Part shown: piece after piece, positions 50,831-59,751 of the stretch | How positions within the stretch are numbered: the stretch's first letter is position 1 | How the letters are laid out: the number at the start of each line of letters is the position of its first letter | Source of the DNA: Candidatus Omnitrophota bacterium | Lineage (GTDB): Bacteria > Omnitrophota > Gorgyraeia > Duberdicusellales > 4484-171 | Assembly: GCA_037146775.1 (NCBI GenBank) | Contig: JBAWWL010000002.1 | Span: 198,554-262,553, forward strand | DNA length: 64,000 bases | Direction of reading: 5' to 3' | Notes under the pieces: model-generated | The model's database searches: none | What the model was told of the DNA's origin: nothing | Seen by the model: the letters and a program-made list of their open reading frames with translations, nothing else | Position numbers and translations under genes: made by a program

Positions 50831-53533
50831 GTGGTGTGCAGAGAAGATTTCAATCAATCCTCACGTAAATCCAATTCTTTCATATTTAAAATCACCTTAT
50901 TCAGTGCTATTCTTCTAATTCCACTTGTTGCCTCTACTGAATATCTTTGGGCAATCAGCTTCATCATTCTTTTAGGAAGTATTACCTTATTGGTGATTGC
51001 CTTGGATATTTTTCATTCCAAGCGCATTGAATTTATTCCAACCTTCATTCTTCCCCTTATTTTATTTTTACTCATCTATTTTCTCATCACCCTAATATCT
51101 CTCCCAGCCTTTATTTTGCAATTTCTCTCCCTCCGTGCCTTCGCTATCTATAGCAACTATTTGCCCCCCGCTTCGCCTACCAACCTACCAACATCTTTGT
51201 ATACCAACATACCAACATATCAACCTACTAACCTATTTACCCTTTATCCTATTAGCCTATACCCACACAATACGCTCGTAGGCTTAGGTGTAGCACTATC
51301 TTTTTTCGCCATATTTCTATTCCTCATTAATAATCTCGACAGTTTTCGTTTAAGGATAAAGATAGTAAAAACAATTATTTTTTCTGCTACTCTCGTAACT
51401 TGCTTAGGAATTATTAATATGCTAATTCAGAATAAAAAATTGTTCTGGTTTATAGATATAATATCCGGTACACCCACAGGCCCTTTTATTAATACCATTC
51501 ACTTCGCCTCATTCGTGGCGCTCTATATACCTTTGGTATTGGGCATATGGGTTGGTAAAATTGATTTTCATATAAAAGATTGTAAATTCGGCAAAGCTAA
51601 GTCAATGCTCTATAAGTTCATAATATTTATAAAAAATTCAATTATCTATTTACTCCCGGCTTTGTTGATGATATTCGCTTTATTTAAGTCGCTTTCCCGC
51701 GGAGCAATGTTAGCTTTTTGTACTTCAATGTTTATCTTTGTATTGCTTATAGCTTTTAAATCAAAAACTCGTCTACGCGCTATCATTCTTCTAGTTTTTA
51801 CTTTTTCGTTTTTAGCTTTGACTTTCTATGTCGACTCGTTTAATATCAAATCCAAAATATTGTCATTAACCAATAGTCAAGGCGAAAACGCCATATTCAA
51901 CCAAGATATAACAGAAAGAATTTCTACACTTAAACACCCGTTGCAAACCGATAGTGCAAAGACGCGTTTTAGTGTTTGGCGTGATACTCTTAAGATATTT
52001 TCTGATTTTCCGTTATTTGGCACAGGCCTAAATACTTTTAGCATTATTTTTCCTAAATATAAGACTATCTATGGTTCTGGAAAAATGTTTTTTACTCACT
52101 CCGAGAATGATTATGTTGAAACTCTATCTGAAGTTGGTTTATTAGGTATAATACCAATATTATTAATCTTGATAATCTTTTTAAGAAACACATTCATAAA
52201 TTTTAAATTAGAAACCGACTCTCTAAAAATTGGTATTATTTCTGGTGGCATCGCTTCCGTTTTTGCGCTTCTTTTTTGCGCATTAACCGATTTTTCTTTC
52301 CATATCCCTTCTGTTAGTTTTATTTTTATGCTTATCTGTTTCGTAATTTGGCCAAAGACAAAAAAAAGAAAAATTATCTCATTTAATGATATGGTGGGCA
52401 GGAAGAAACCTATAGCTATTGTGGTATTGCTATTTTTAGTGGCAATATTTATGTTTATATTTTCTGTTCAACTATTATTAGGCGAAATATATTTCTATAA
52501 ATTTAATTATTCTCAAGATAGCTTTCAGGTTAAACAAAACTATATTAAAAAAGCTGTCTTTTTTAATAATGGTAATGCGGAATATAGGTACTCTTTAGGA
52601 AAAATTTATTTTGATCAAGCGACTTTGCTAAGGAATAAAGATGAAGCTGCAGCTTTAGAGCTTATCAAACAGGCGAAAACAGAATTTGAAAAAGCGATAA
52701 TTTTGCAACCTACTCATTGGAAGTACCATTTTTTTAACGGCTCAGCTGAACTTATTCTTGTTTCTTCTCGGGTCAAGGGCTATTCTTTTAACAATGCTGA
52801 ATCTTCCTTTGAAAAAGCCTTAAGTCTAAATCCTACAGAATACGATATATACGGTTATTTAGCTAATTACTATTTGCCTTTTGATTCAGAAAAAGCATTT
52901 AAGTATTATCGTAAGCTTATCATGCTTAGGCCATATTATTTAGGTAGTATATTAGATACTATTTGGAAAATAAACAATAATCCTGACTTTATCCGAGAAG
53001 CCATTCCCAGTACTCCAAGGTTAATAGCGCAATACGCTGATTTTTTAAAATCTAAAGGTATCAATTCTGCTAAATTCTATAAAGAATCTGCTTTTCTCGC
53101 GTCTCCTTCCGCAAAAAATAAAGAAGACCAACTTGCTATCGCCCAAAAGCTCGCTCTTTCCAATGGTTTCAAGGACGCTTTTGATTATTTCCTTGATTCT
53201 TTACAGTCAAGTAGCTTTTTCCAAAAGAATAAAGAACAATTTATCATCCCGACATATTCTAGTGAACAACTTATAAAAGAAGAGGAGAATGTCAGCACAT
53301 TACAAAAAACACTTTCTCCCGACGATCCTCAGCTAACATATAAATTAGCCCTTTTCCATTATCAGCTAAAGGACTATAATAAAGCTTCTGAATACTTTAT
53401 GAAATTACTAAAAATCTCTCCCAACAACCCCTTTCTGCGCTTCCACCTCGCTATGGCATTGTATAAGAGGGGAGAGCATAAAGAGGCGTACGAGGAGCTC
53501 AGGCAGGCTATTACTTTGATTAATGACAGATGA
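50831..53533 (+). CDS. O-antigen ligase/Wzy_C-family protein with C-terminal TPRs
   Basis: GPFIN..HFA, SLSRGA, R..VW, PLFGTGLNTF and HSENDY motifs; TPR tail. Confidence 0.85.
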   Translation: MVCREDFNQSSRKSNSFIFKITLFSAILLIPLVASTEYLWAISFIILLGSITLLVIALDIFHSKRIEFIPTFILPLILFLLIYFLITLISLPAFILQFLSLRAFAIYSNYLPPASPTNLPTSLYTNIPTYQPTNLFTLYPISLYPHNTLVGLGVALSFFAIFLFLINNLDSFRLRIKIVKTIIFSATLVTCLGIINMLIQNKKLFWFIDIISGTPTGPFINTIHFASFVALYIPLVLGIWVGKIDFHIKDCKFGKAKSMLYKFIIFIKNSIIYLLPALLMIFALFKSLSRGAMLAFCTSMFIFVLLIAFKSKTRLRAIILLVFTFSFLALTFYVDSFNIKSKILSLTNSQGENAIFNQDITERISTLKHPLQTDSAKTRFSVWRDTLKIFSDFPLFGTGLNTFSIIFPKYKTIYGSGKMFFTHSENDYVETLSEVGLLGIIPILLILIIFLRNTFINFKLETDSLKIGIISGGIASVFALLFCALTDFSFHIPSVSFIFMLICFVIWPKTKKRKIISFNDMVGRKKPIAIVVLLFLVAIFMFIFSVQLLLGEIYFYKFNYSQDSFQVKQNYIKKAVFFNNGNAEYRYSLGKIYFDQATLLRNKDEAAALELIKQAKTEFEKAIILQPTHWKYHFFNGSAELILVSSRVKGYSFNNAESSFEKALSLNPTEYDIYGYLANYYLPFDSEKAFKYYRKLIMLRPYYLGSILDTIWKINNNPDFIREAIPSTPRLIAQYADFLKSKGINSAKFYKESAFLASPSAKNKEDQLAIAQKLALSNGFKDAFDYFLDSLQSSSFFQKNKEQFIIPTYSSEQLIKEEENVSTLQKTLSPDDPQLTYKLALFHYQLKDYNKASEYFMKLLKISPNNPFLRFHLAMALYKRGEHKEAYEELRQAITLINDR

Positions 53534-54113
53534 CAAGATATACAATGACAAATTACAAAGCTCAAATGACAAATAATATCAGACTAACAAAAGTCACTTA
53601 ATAACAAAGGTCAAAATGGAAATGACAAAAGGTATAGTTGGAGATAATAAATTTGACCTTGAAGGTAGAACGTTGATTTTTGCTAAAAATTGCATTGATT
53701 TGTGTAAAATGTTGATGTGCGACACTATAAACAGGGAATTAATAAGCCAGCTTGTAAGGGCTTCTGGCTCAGTAGGTGCAAACTATCGAGAAGCGAACGA
53801 AGCTCTAACAAAAAAAGATTTTTTCCACCGCATTGGAATATGCAGAAAAGAGGCTAAGGAAAGCAAATACTGGTTAGAATTATTGTCACATACTAATCCA
53901 AAGCTTTCTAATAAAATTGAGGTATTAGCTGACGAAGCATTGCAATTAGCGCGTATTTTCTCAGCTATAGTAAAAAAACGCGTCTAGTTTTTCCTTTCGT
54001 ACTTTTTTGTTATTTGAATTTTGTACTTTGTCATTAACCAATATTTGACATTTGAATTTTGTAATTTGTTCTTAGTTCATTTGTCCTTTGTGCTTTGTCA
54101 TTTGTCATTTTAA
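53522..54113. mobile_element. Foldback cassette 1: ATGACAA array - four-helix-bundle gene - TTGTCAT array
   Basis: Left aatgacagatgacaa...aatgacaaattacaaa...aatgacaaat; right tttgtcatt...tttgtaatttg...tttgtcatttgtcatt. Mobility is inferred. Confidence 0.6.
53616..53987 (+). CDS. Four helix bundle protein (23S rRNA IVP / Avd-like)
   Basis: DLEGRT, QLVRASGSVGANYREA, KKDF and KEAKESKYWL motifs. Confidence 0.92.
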   Translation: MEMTKGIVGDNKFDLEGRTLIFAKNCIDLCKMLMCDTINRELISQLVRASGSVGANYREANEALTKKDFFHRIGICRKEAKESKYWLELLSHTNPKLSNKIEVLADEALQLARIFSAIVKKRV

Positions 54114-54127
54114 CCGTAGGTTAACCC

Positions 54128-55519
54128 ATGTTCATAAGTAGTCGTAAATCGTTTCTCACCGGCAAGTCCAAGCTTATCTTCATCGATATTCTGGCTCTGT
54201 GTCTTTCTGTTTATTTAGCAACTATTATTCGAATTGGCTGGGAAGACGCAAATCGTTATATCAGCTTAAAGCTCTTGCCTCTTGGTTTCGGTATTTTTAT
54301 CTTTCTTACCTTATTTTATCTTCATGGTTTATATGAACTGCATTTTTTTGATACTTACTTAAAGCTTATCTCACGAGTAATATCTGCAGTTCTCCTTGGT
54401 ATTTTAATCTATACTTTTATTTTTTATGCTGTATTTACGTTTGCTATAGGTAGAGGTGTATTTACCTTAATGGCATTGCTCATCGCTACATTTGTTTTTT
54501 TCCCCAGAATATTTTATATCTCGGTTGCCAAAAGAAATATTTTAGGTGAAAAAGTAATTATAGTAGGTACTGGTGAAGCAGCTTTTGACATCATCAATAT
54601 TATAGATAAGCACCCCACTTGTCCTTATAGAATAATCGGTGTTATTAGTGAAAAAGAAAAAGAAACTATCTCTAGCTTTGGGCACCATCAACTTATGGGT
54701 TCCATTGATGATATTGATCAAATCGCCGAGCAAAATAAAATTGACACAATCATAATTACAACTCTAGAGCCAAGGCGTTCCAAAATATTAAAACATTTAA
54801 GAGTATGTCGTTATCATGGTGTGCGTATTATCGATAGTGTTTCTTTATATGAAGAGATTGAGGGTAGAGTTCCTCTGCAATATATAGATGATGAATGGCT
54901 ATTTTCTTCCAACATGAATTATTCTAACTTTCACATCAAAAAATTAAAAAGGTTAATGGATATTATTGGTTCTTCGATTGGTATTATTCTCGTTTTCCCT
55001 TTATGCCTTGTCGTGAGTATTCTTATCAAGTTTGATTCAATCGGGCCTATTTTCTATCGACAAAAAAGATTAAGTCGAGATGGCAGGATTTTTCGCTTGC
55101 TCAAATTTCGCTCAATGATTCATCGTGCCGAGCGAGGATTGGGCGGTCCGGTGTGGTCACAAACAAATGATAACCGTATCACTCGAGTGGGTAAATGGAT
55201 GCGTAAAACTAGAATTGATGAAATTCCCCAGCTTATTAATGTGTTTTTAGGCCACATGAGTCTAGTGGGTCCTCGACCTGAACGCCCCGCTTTTATTAAA
55301 GAACTATCTGAAAAAATTCCCTTTTACTTAGAAAGGCTTTACGTTCAACCTGGCTTAACCGGCTGGGCGCAAATTAACTATCCTTATACCGCTACAATAG
55401 AGGAGTCAAGAATAAAACTGCAATACGATTTATACTACATCAAACACGTCTCCTTTTTGTTAGACTGCCTTATTCTATTGAAAACCATCAAAATCGTCCT
55501 TCTCAGCCGCGGCCGTTAG
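54128..55519 (+). CDS. Polyprenyl glycosylphosphotransferase (priming sugar transferase, WcaJ/WbaP family)
   Basis: [38 protein letters not shown] and YDLYYI motifs. Confidence 0.92.
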   Translation: MFISSRKSFLTGKSKLIFIDILALCLSVYLATIIRIGWEDANRYISLKLLPLGFGIFIFLTLFYLHGLYELHFFDTYLKLISRVISAVLLGILIYTFIFYAVFTFAIGRGVFTLMALLIATFVFFPRIFYISVAKRNILGEKVIIVGTGEAAFDIINIIDKHPTCPYRIIGVISEKEKETISSFGHHQLMGSIDDIDQIAEQNKIDTIIITTLEPRRSKILKHLRVCRYHGVRIIDSVSLYEEIEGRVPLQYIDDEWLFSSNMNYSNFHIKKLKRLMDIIGSSIGIILVFPLCLVVSILIKFDSIGPIFYRQKRLSRDGRIFRLLKFRSMIHRAERGLGGPVWSQTNDNRITRVGKWMRKTRIDEIPQLINVFLGHMSLVGPRPERPAFIKELSEKIPFYLERLYVQPGLTGWAQINYPYTATIEESRIKLQYDLYYIKHVSFLLDCLILLKTIKIVLLSRGR

Positions 55520-55565
55520 CTATTTACCCATATAAACCCTGTCTTATTTCCGACGTGGATTGTAT

Positions 55566-55595
55566 TGACGCATTGTGATATGTTATGATATAATT
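55566..55595 (+). promoter_or_regulatory. Internal promoter
   Basis: TTGACG-18 bp-TATAAT with extended TG. Confidence 0.5.
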
Positions 55596-56177
55596 AAAAC
55601 TTAAAAGTAAAAAGTCAAAACTAAAAATATAAGTTAAATGGAGAATAAAGTTTACGATTTAAAGAAACGTACGTATGTGTTTGCTTTAGATGTTATTAGG
55701 TTTCTTGAAAGTTTACCAAAGGATTATATTTCTATTGTTATCGGGAAACAGTTGTTACGCTCAGCAACTTCTGTGGGAGCGAATGTGGTCGAGGCGCAGG
55801 CTTCTAGCTCCAAGAAGGATTTTATAAATTTCTATAATTATTCATTAAAATCCGCAAACGAAACAATATTCTGGCTAAGTTTACTTAAGGATGCAAATAG
55901 AGATCCTAATCAGAAAATACCTCTTCTTCTAAGCGAAACACAGCAGCTCTCAAAAATTCTTGCTGCAAGCATTCTGACAATGAAAGGAAAGAGAAAGCCT
56001 TGAATTTAAATTTTCGCTCTAACTTTTTACTTTTAACTTATTTTATTCAGTGGATTACTTTTTCGCGTTTTGATTTTTAACTTTTACCTTTATTTCGTTT
56101 TACCTTTTTCGTTTTAACTTTTAACGTTTCTGTTCAAAGTATTCACTTTTACCTTTTTCGTTTTAACTTTTAACTTA
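55594..56177. mobile_element. Foldback cassette 2: TAAAAGT array - four-helix-bundle gene - ACTTTTA array
   Basis: Left ttaaaacttaaaagtaaaaagtcaaaactaaaa; right many ttttaac/ttttacc units, including a duplicated ttttacctttttcgttttaacttttaac. Mobility is inferred. Confidence 0.6.
55638..56003 (+). CDS. Four helix bundle protein (23S rRNA IVP / Avd-like)
   Basis: DLKKRT, QLLRSATSVGANVVEA, SKKDF and KSANETIFWL motifs. Confidence 0.92.
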   Translation: MENKVYDLKKRTYVFALDVIRFLESLPKDYISIVIGKQLLRSATSVGANVVEAQASSSKKDFINFYNYSLKSANETIFWLSLLKDANRDPNQKIPLLLSETQQLSKILAASILTMKGKRKP

Positions 56178-56182
56178 ATAAT

Positions 56183-56419
56183 ATGACCGTCAACGATAAT
56201 GAAATCTACACCTTAGAAGAAGCTCAGTCTATATTAAAGATCAGTCGCTCCACCCTATTGCGTCTTATCAAGAAAGGTCTAATTAAAACCGCAAAAGTCG
56301 GCCGTCAATATCGAATCTGGGGTAATGAAATTCTGCACATCATGTCCCCATCTTTAGAAGGCAAAGTCCGTAAAGAGTATAGGAAAAGTAGGGAATGGTT
56401 GTATAAAGGCATAAGTTGA
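56183..56419 (+). CDS. Excisionase-like helix-turn-helix (HTH_17) protein
   Basis: YTLEEAQSILKISRSTLLRLIKKG.I...KVGRQYRI. Confidence 0.85.
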   Translation: MTVNDNEIYTLEEAQSILKISRSTLLRLIKKGLIKTAKVGRQYRIWGNEILHIMSPSLEGKVRKEYRKSREWLYKGIS

Positions 56420-56452
56420 TAGGCCTTATGTTTTTAGGCATAGGAGGTTAAT

Positions 56453-57286
56453 TTGGACAACACTTCGCAAAAAACTATTGTTATCGAAGCAGGCCGGACG
56501 AGGGGATTATATTGGAGAGATCTTTGGCATTATCGTGCATTATTTTATTTCTTATCTTGGCGGGACATTCTTGTCAGGTATAAACAAACAGTTATTGGTA
56601 TTGCTTGGAGCGTTATCAGGCCATTGCTTACCATGGTTGTCTTCACTTTTGTATTCAGCAAATTAGCGAAATTTCCTTCTGAAGGCGTTCCATATCCTAT
56701 CCTGGTCTTTACCGCTATGCTTCCTTGGCAATTTTTTGCGAATGCTCTTAGCGAAAGCAGTAATTCCCTTATTACTAACGCTAATATGCTTACCAAAGTT
56801 TATTTTCCGCGGCTCATCGTTCCCGTAAGCACCATTATCGTTTGTCTAGTTGATTTTATTATATCATTGTTACTTCTTGTTGTGCTTATGGTGATATATA
56901 AGTTTACCCCTTCTTTAAATATTTTAATACTGCCACTATTTCTTCTTCTGTTGCTGATTTTTTCTCTTGGTCTAGGTCTTTATATATCAGCATTAAATGT
57001 AAAGTATAGAGATTTCCGTTACGTCGTTCCTTTTATCGTCCAGTTCGGACTTTATATTTCACCCGTTGGTTTTAGCTCAAGCGTTGTTCCTGATAAGTGG
57101 AAATTATTTTATTATTTGAATCCAATGGTAGGAATAATTGATAGTTTCAGATGGGCAATCCTTGGAGAGAGTGTTCATATCTATTGGCCGGGATTTATCC
57201 TTTCTATTATCTTATCTGTAGTTATTTTCATTTTTGGTTTACTGTATTTTCGTAAAACCGAACGCACGTTTGCTGATATTATATAA
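56453..57286 (+). CDS. wzm: ABC-2 polysaccharide permease
   Basis: RDILVRYKQTVIGIAW, KVYFPR, KYRDF, LNPM and ERTFADII motifs. Confidence 0.92.
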   Translation: MDNTSQKTIVIEAGRTRGLYWRDLWHYRALFYFLSWRDILVRYKQTVIGIAWSVIRPLLTMVVFTFVFSKLAKFPSEGVPYPILVFTAMLPWQFFANALSESSNSLITNANMLTKVYFPRLIVPVSTIIVCLVDFIISLLLLVVLMVIYKFTPSLNILILPLFLLLLLIFSLGLGLYISALNVKYRDFRYVVPFIVQFGLYISPVGFSSSVVPDKWKLFYYLNPMVGIIDSFRWAILGESVHIYWPGFILSIILSVVIFIFGLLYFRKTERTFADII

Positions 57287-57305
57287 TGAATTCTTTGTTA
57301 TAGTT

Positions 57306-57790
57306 ACCAATGTCCAATGAGCTAATGACGAATAAAATATCAATGATTCAAGCCAACAATAGTAAATACGATTTACGTGAGCGAACAGCAAAGTTTGGCG
57401 AAAATGTCATTAATTTTGCTAAAAGAATTCCAGAGTCTACTATAAACCGGCCCTTGATAAGTCAGTTAGTAAGAGCGGCTACAAGCGTGGGCGCAAATTA
57501 CTGCGAAGCAGATGATGCTACCACTAAGAAGGATTTCCTATACAGAATTGCTGTGTGCAGAAAGGAGTCTAAAGAGTCCAAGCATTGGTTGCGGATGGTA
57601 ACGATGGCTATTCCGGCGTTGAAGGATGAAGCGAATTTGTTATCTAATGAAGCGCAGGAATTGAATCTTATTTTTTCTGCGATTATCAATAAAGGAAAAG
57701 CTAAATCTTGATAGGCTAATTTGTCATTTTGACTTGTTCATTGGGATTTCAGTATAGTTCATTCGTCATTCGGATTTGGACATTGTGATT
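57306..57790. mobile_element. Foldback cassette 3: CAATG array - four-helix-bundle gene - CATTG array
   Basis: caatgtccaa/ttggacattg and aatgacgaat/attcgtcatt are exact 10-bp inverted pairs across the gene. Mobility is inferred. Confidence 0.6.
57310..57711 (+). CDS. Four helix bundle protein (23S rRNA IVP / Avd-like)
   Basis: DLRERT, QLVRAATSVGANYCEA, KKDF and KESKESKHWL motifs; true start may be downstream because the N-terminus is repeat-encoded. Confidence 0.92.
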   Translation: MSNELMTNKISMIQANNSKYDLRERTAKFGENVINFAKRIPESTINRPLISQLVRAATSVGANYCEADDATTKKDFLYRIAVCRKESKESKHWLRMVTMAIPALKDEANLLSNEAQELNLIFSAIINKGKAKS

Positions 57791-57810
57791 TTAGTTTAGA
57801 CTTTAAGTTT

Positions 57811-59070
57811 ATGAGTACGGTCATCAAAGTCGAAAATCTAGGCAAAAGATACGTTATAAGTCACCAAGAGCAACAGCGCTATCGGACTCTTCGTGATGTT
57901 GTTACTAATAAGTTTAAATCATTCGGCAAGAAGACGGCTTCGACCAAAGAGGAAATATGGGCGCTCAAAAATGTTTCGTTTGAAGTAAAGCAAGGAGAAA
58001 GAGTTGGCATTATCGGAAGGAACGGCGCGGGTAAATCCACTCTGTTAAAGCTATTAAGCAGAATAACCGAACCAACGAAAGGTAAGATTGGGCTGTGCGG
58101 CCGTGTGGGGAGCCTTCTTGAGGTTGGCACCGGTTTTCATCCTGAGTTGACCGGGAGGGAGAATATATATCTTAATGGCGCCATCCTAGGTATGTCAAAA
58201 TCGGACATACGCAAGAAATTTGATGATATTGTTGCTTTCGCGGAAATTGATAAATTTCTTGATACGCCAGTTAAGCGGTATTCGTCAGGAATGTATGTCC
58301 GGCTTGCCTTTGCCGTTGCTGCCCACTTGGAACCAGAGATTCTTTTGGTGGATGAAGTTCTTGCCGTTGGTGACGTCTCATTCCAGAAGAAATGTTTAGG
58401 AAAAATGGAGGATGTGTCTCAAGAGGGCCGGACCCTCCTATTTGTAAGCCACGATCTGGTGGCGGTCAGAAAACTTTGTAAAAGAACTATCCTTTTATGT
58501 GATGGAAAAATAGAGAAAGATGGTTTTACCGACAGCGCTATTGATGCATATTTGAATTATTCCAGGAACGCGACAGAAGGATTGTATTGCTGGAATGAGC
58601 CTGCGGGTCGTCAGAAAGTTTGGCCTGTGCAATTAGAGATATTAGATGAATCGATGAATCGAATATCCAATATTCCTTTCGATAGTGCTGTAACCATAGC
58701 GCTAAGAATTAAAGTGTATGAAGCGTTTAGCTTCCAGGTGAGCCTTCGCATCACTAACAATCTTGCGATTCCCATCTTTTCTACTGAGCCAAGTCAAGAG
58801 CTTATGTTTTATAATCGCGGTTATTATAATTTCTCTCTTAAGTTGCCGTTCGCTTTATTGTCGCCAGGTTATTATCGTGTTGCGTTGGGTATCCATGATC
58901 CAGGAACAGAGGTATTTTTTTTCGAAGAGCAGATATTGTCGTGGCAAGTAATCGAGACGGGTACAAATATGGCAAAATACAAGAAATATCATGAAACAGG
59001 AGTAATTATTGTTGATATTCCCTGGGAAATAATTTATAACAAACAGGATGGCAAAATTGAACCGTGTTAA
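57811..59070 (+). CDS. wzt: ABC polysaccharide export ATPase with C-terminal carbohydrate-binding domain (copy A)
   Basis: GRNGAGKST, YSSGM, DEVLAVGD and VSHD motifs; Wzt_C-like tail. Confidence 0.92.
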   Translation: MSTVIKVENLGKRYVISHQEQQRYRTLRDVVTNKFKSFGKKTASTKEEIWALKNVSFEVKQGERVGIIGRNGAGKSTLLKLLSRITEPTKGKIGLCGRVGSLLEVGTGFHPELTGRENIYLNGAILGMSKSDIRKKFDDIVAFAEIDKFLDTPVKRYSSGMYVRLAFAVAAHLEPEILLVDEVLAVGDVSFQKKCLGKMEDVSQEGRTLLFVSHDLVAVRKLCKRTILLCDGKIEKDGFTDSAIDAYLNYSRNATEGLYCWNEPAGRQKVWPVQLEILDESMNRISNIPFDSAVTIALRIKVYEAFSFQVSLRITNNLAIPIFSTEPSQELMFYNRGYYNFSLKLPFALLSPGYYRVALGIHDPGTEVFFFEEQILSWQVIETGTNMAKYKKYHETGVIIVDIPWEIIYNKQDGKIEPC

Positions 59071-59751
59071 GTATATCTGCATTCCTCTGTGTTCCAATGT
59101 ATCTGTGTTTAATAAATCTGCGCCAATCTGTGTTTTAAAAAAGGTATGTCAGTAGTCATCAAAGTCGAAAATCTAGGCAAAAGATACGTTATAAGTCACC
59201 AAGAGCAACAGCGCTATCGGACTCTTCGTGATGTTGTTACTAATAAGTTTAAATCATTCGGCAAGAAGACGGCTTCGACCAAAGAGGAAATATGGGCGCT
59301 CAAAAATGTTTCGTTTGAAGTAAAGCAAGGAGAAAGAGTTGGCATTATCGGAAGGAACGGCGCGGGTAAATCCACTCTGTTAAAGCTATTAAGCAGAATA
59401 ACCGAACCAACGAAAGGTAAGATTGGGCTGTGCGGCCGTGTGGGGAGCCTTCTTGAGGTTGGCACCGGTTTTCATCCTGAGTTGACCGGGAGGGAGAATA
59501 TATATCTTAATGGCGCCATCCTAGGTATGTCAAAATCGGACATACGCAAGAAATTTGATGATATTGTTGCTTTCGCGGAAATTGATAAATTTCTTGATAC
59601 GCCAGTTAAGCGGTATTCGTCAGGAATGTATGTCCGGCTTGCCTTTGCCGTTGCTGCCCACTTGGAACCAGAGATTCTTTTGGTGGATGAAGTTCTTGCC
59701 GTTGGTGACGTCTCATTCCAGAAGAAATGTTTAGGAAAAATGGAGGATGTG
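57820..59751 (+). repeat. 597-bp apparently perfect direct repeat (57820-58416 = 59155-59751)
   Basis: Identical by eye, offset 1335 bp; identical shadow ORFs 57879..58130 and 59214..59465 agree. Confidence 0.92.

Noticed and set aside
56183-56419. Prophage or ICE marked by an excisionase
   Set aside because: No integrase, phage, conjugation genes or att-like tRNA in the window.
53522-57790. 23S rRNA with intervening sequences
   Set aside because: The flanks are protein-coding polysaccharide genes; no rRNA sequence is recognisable.
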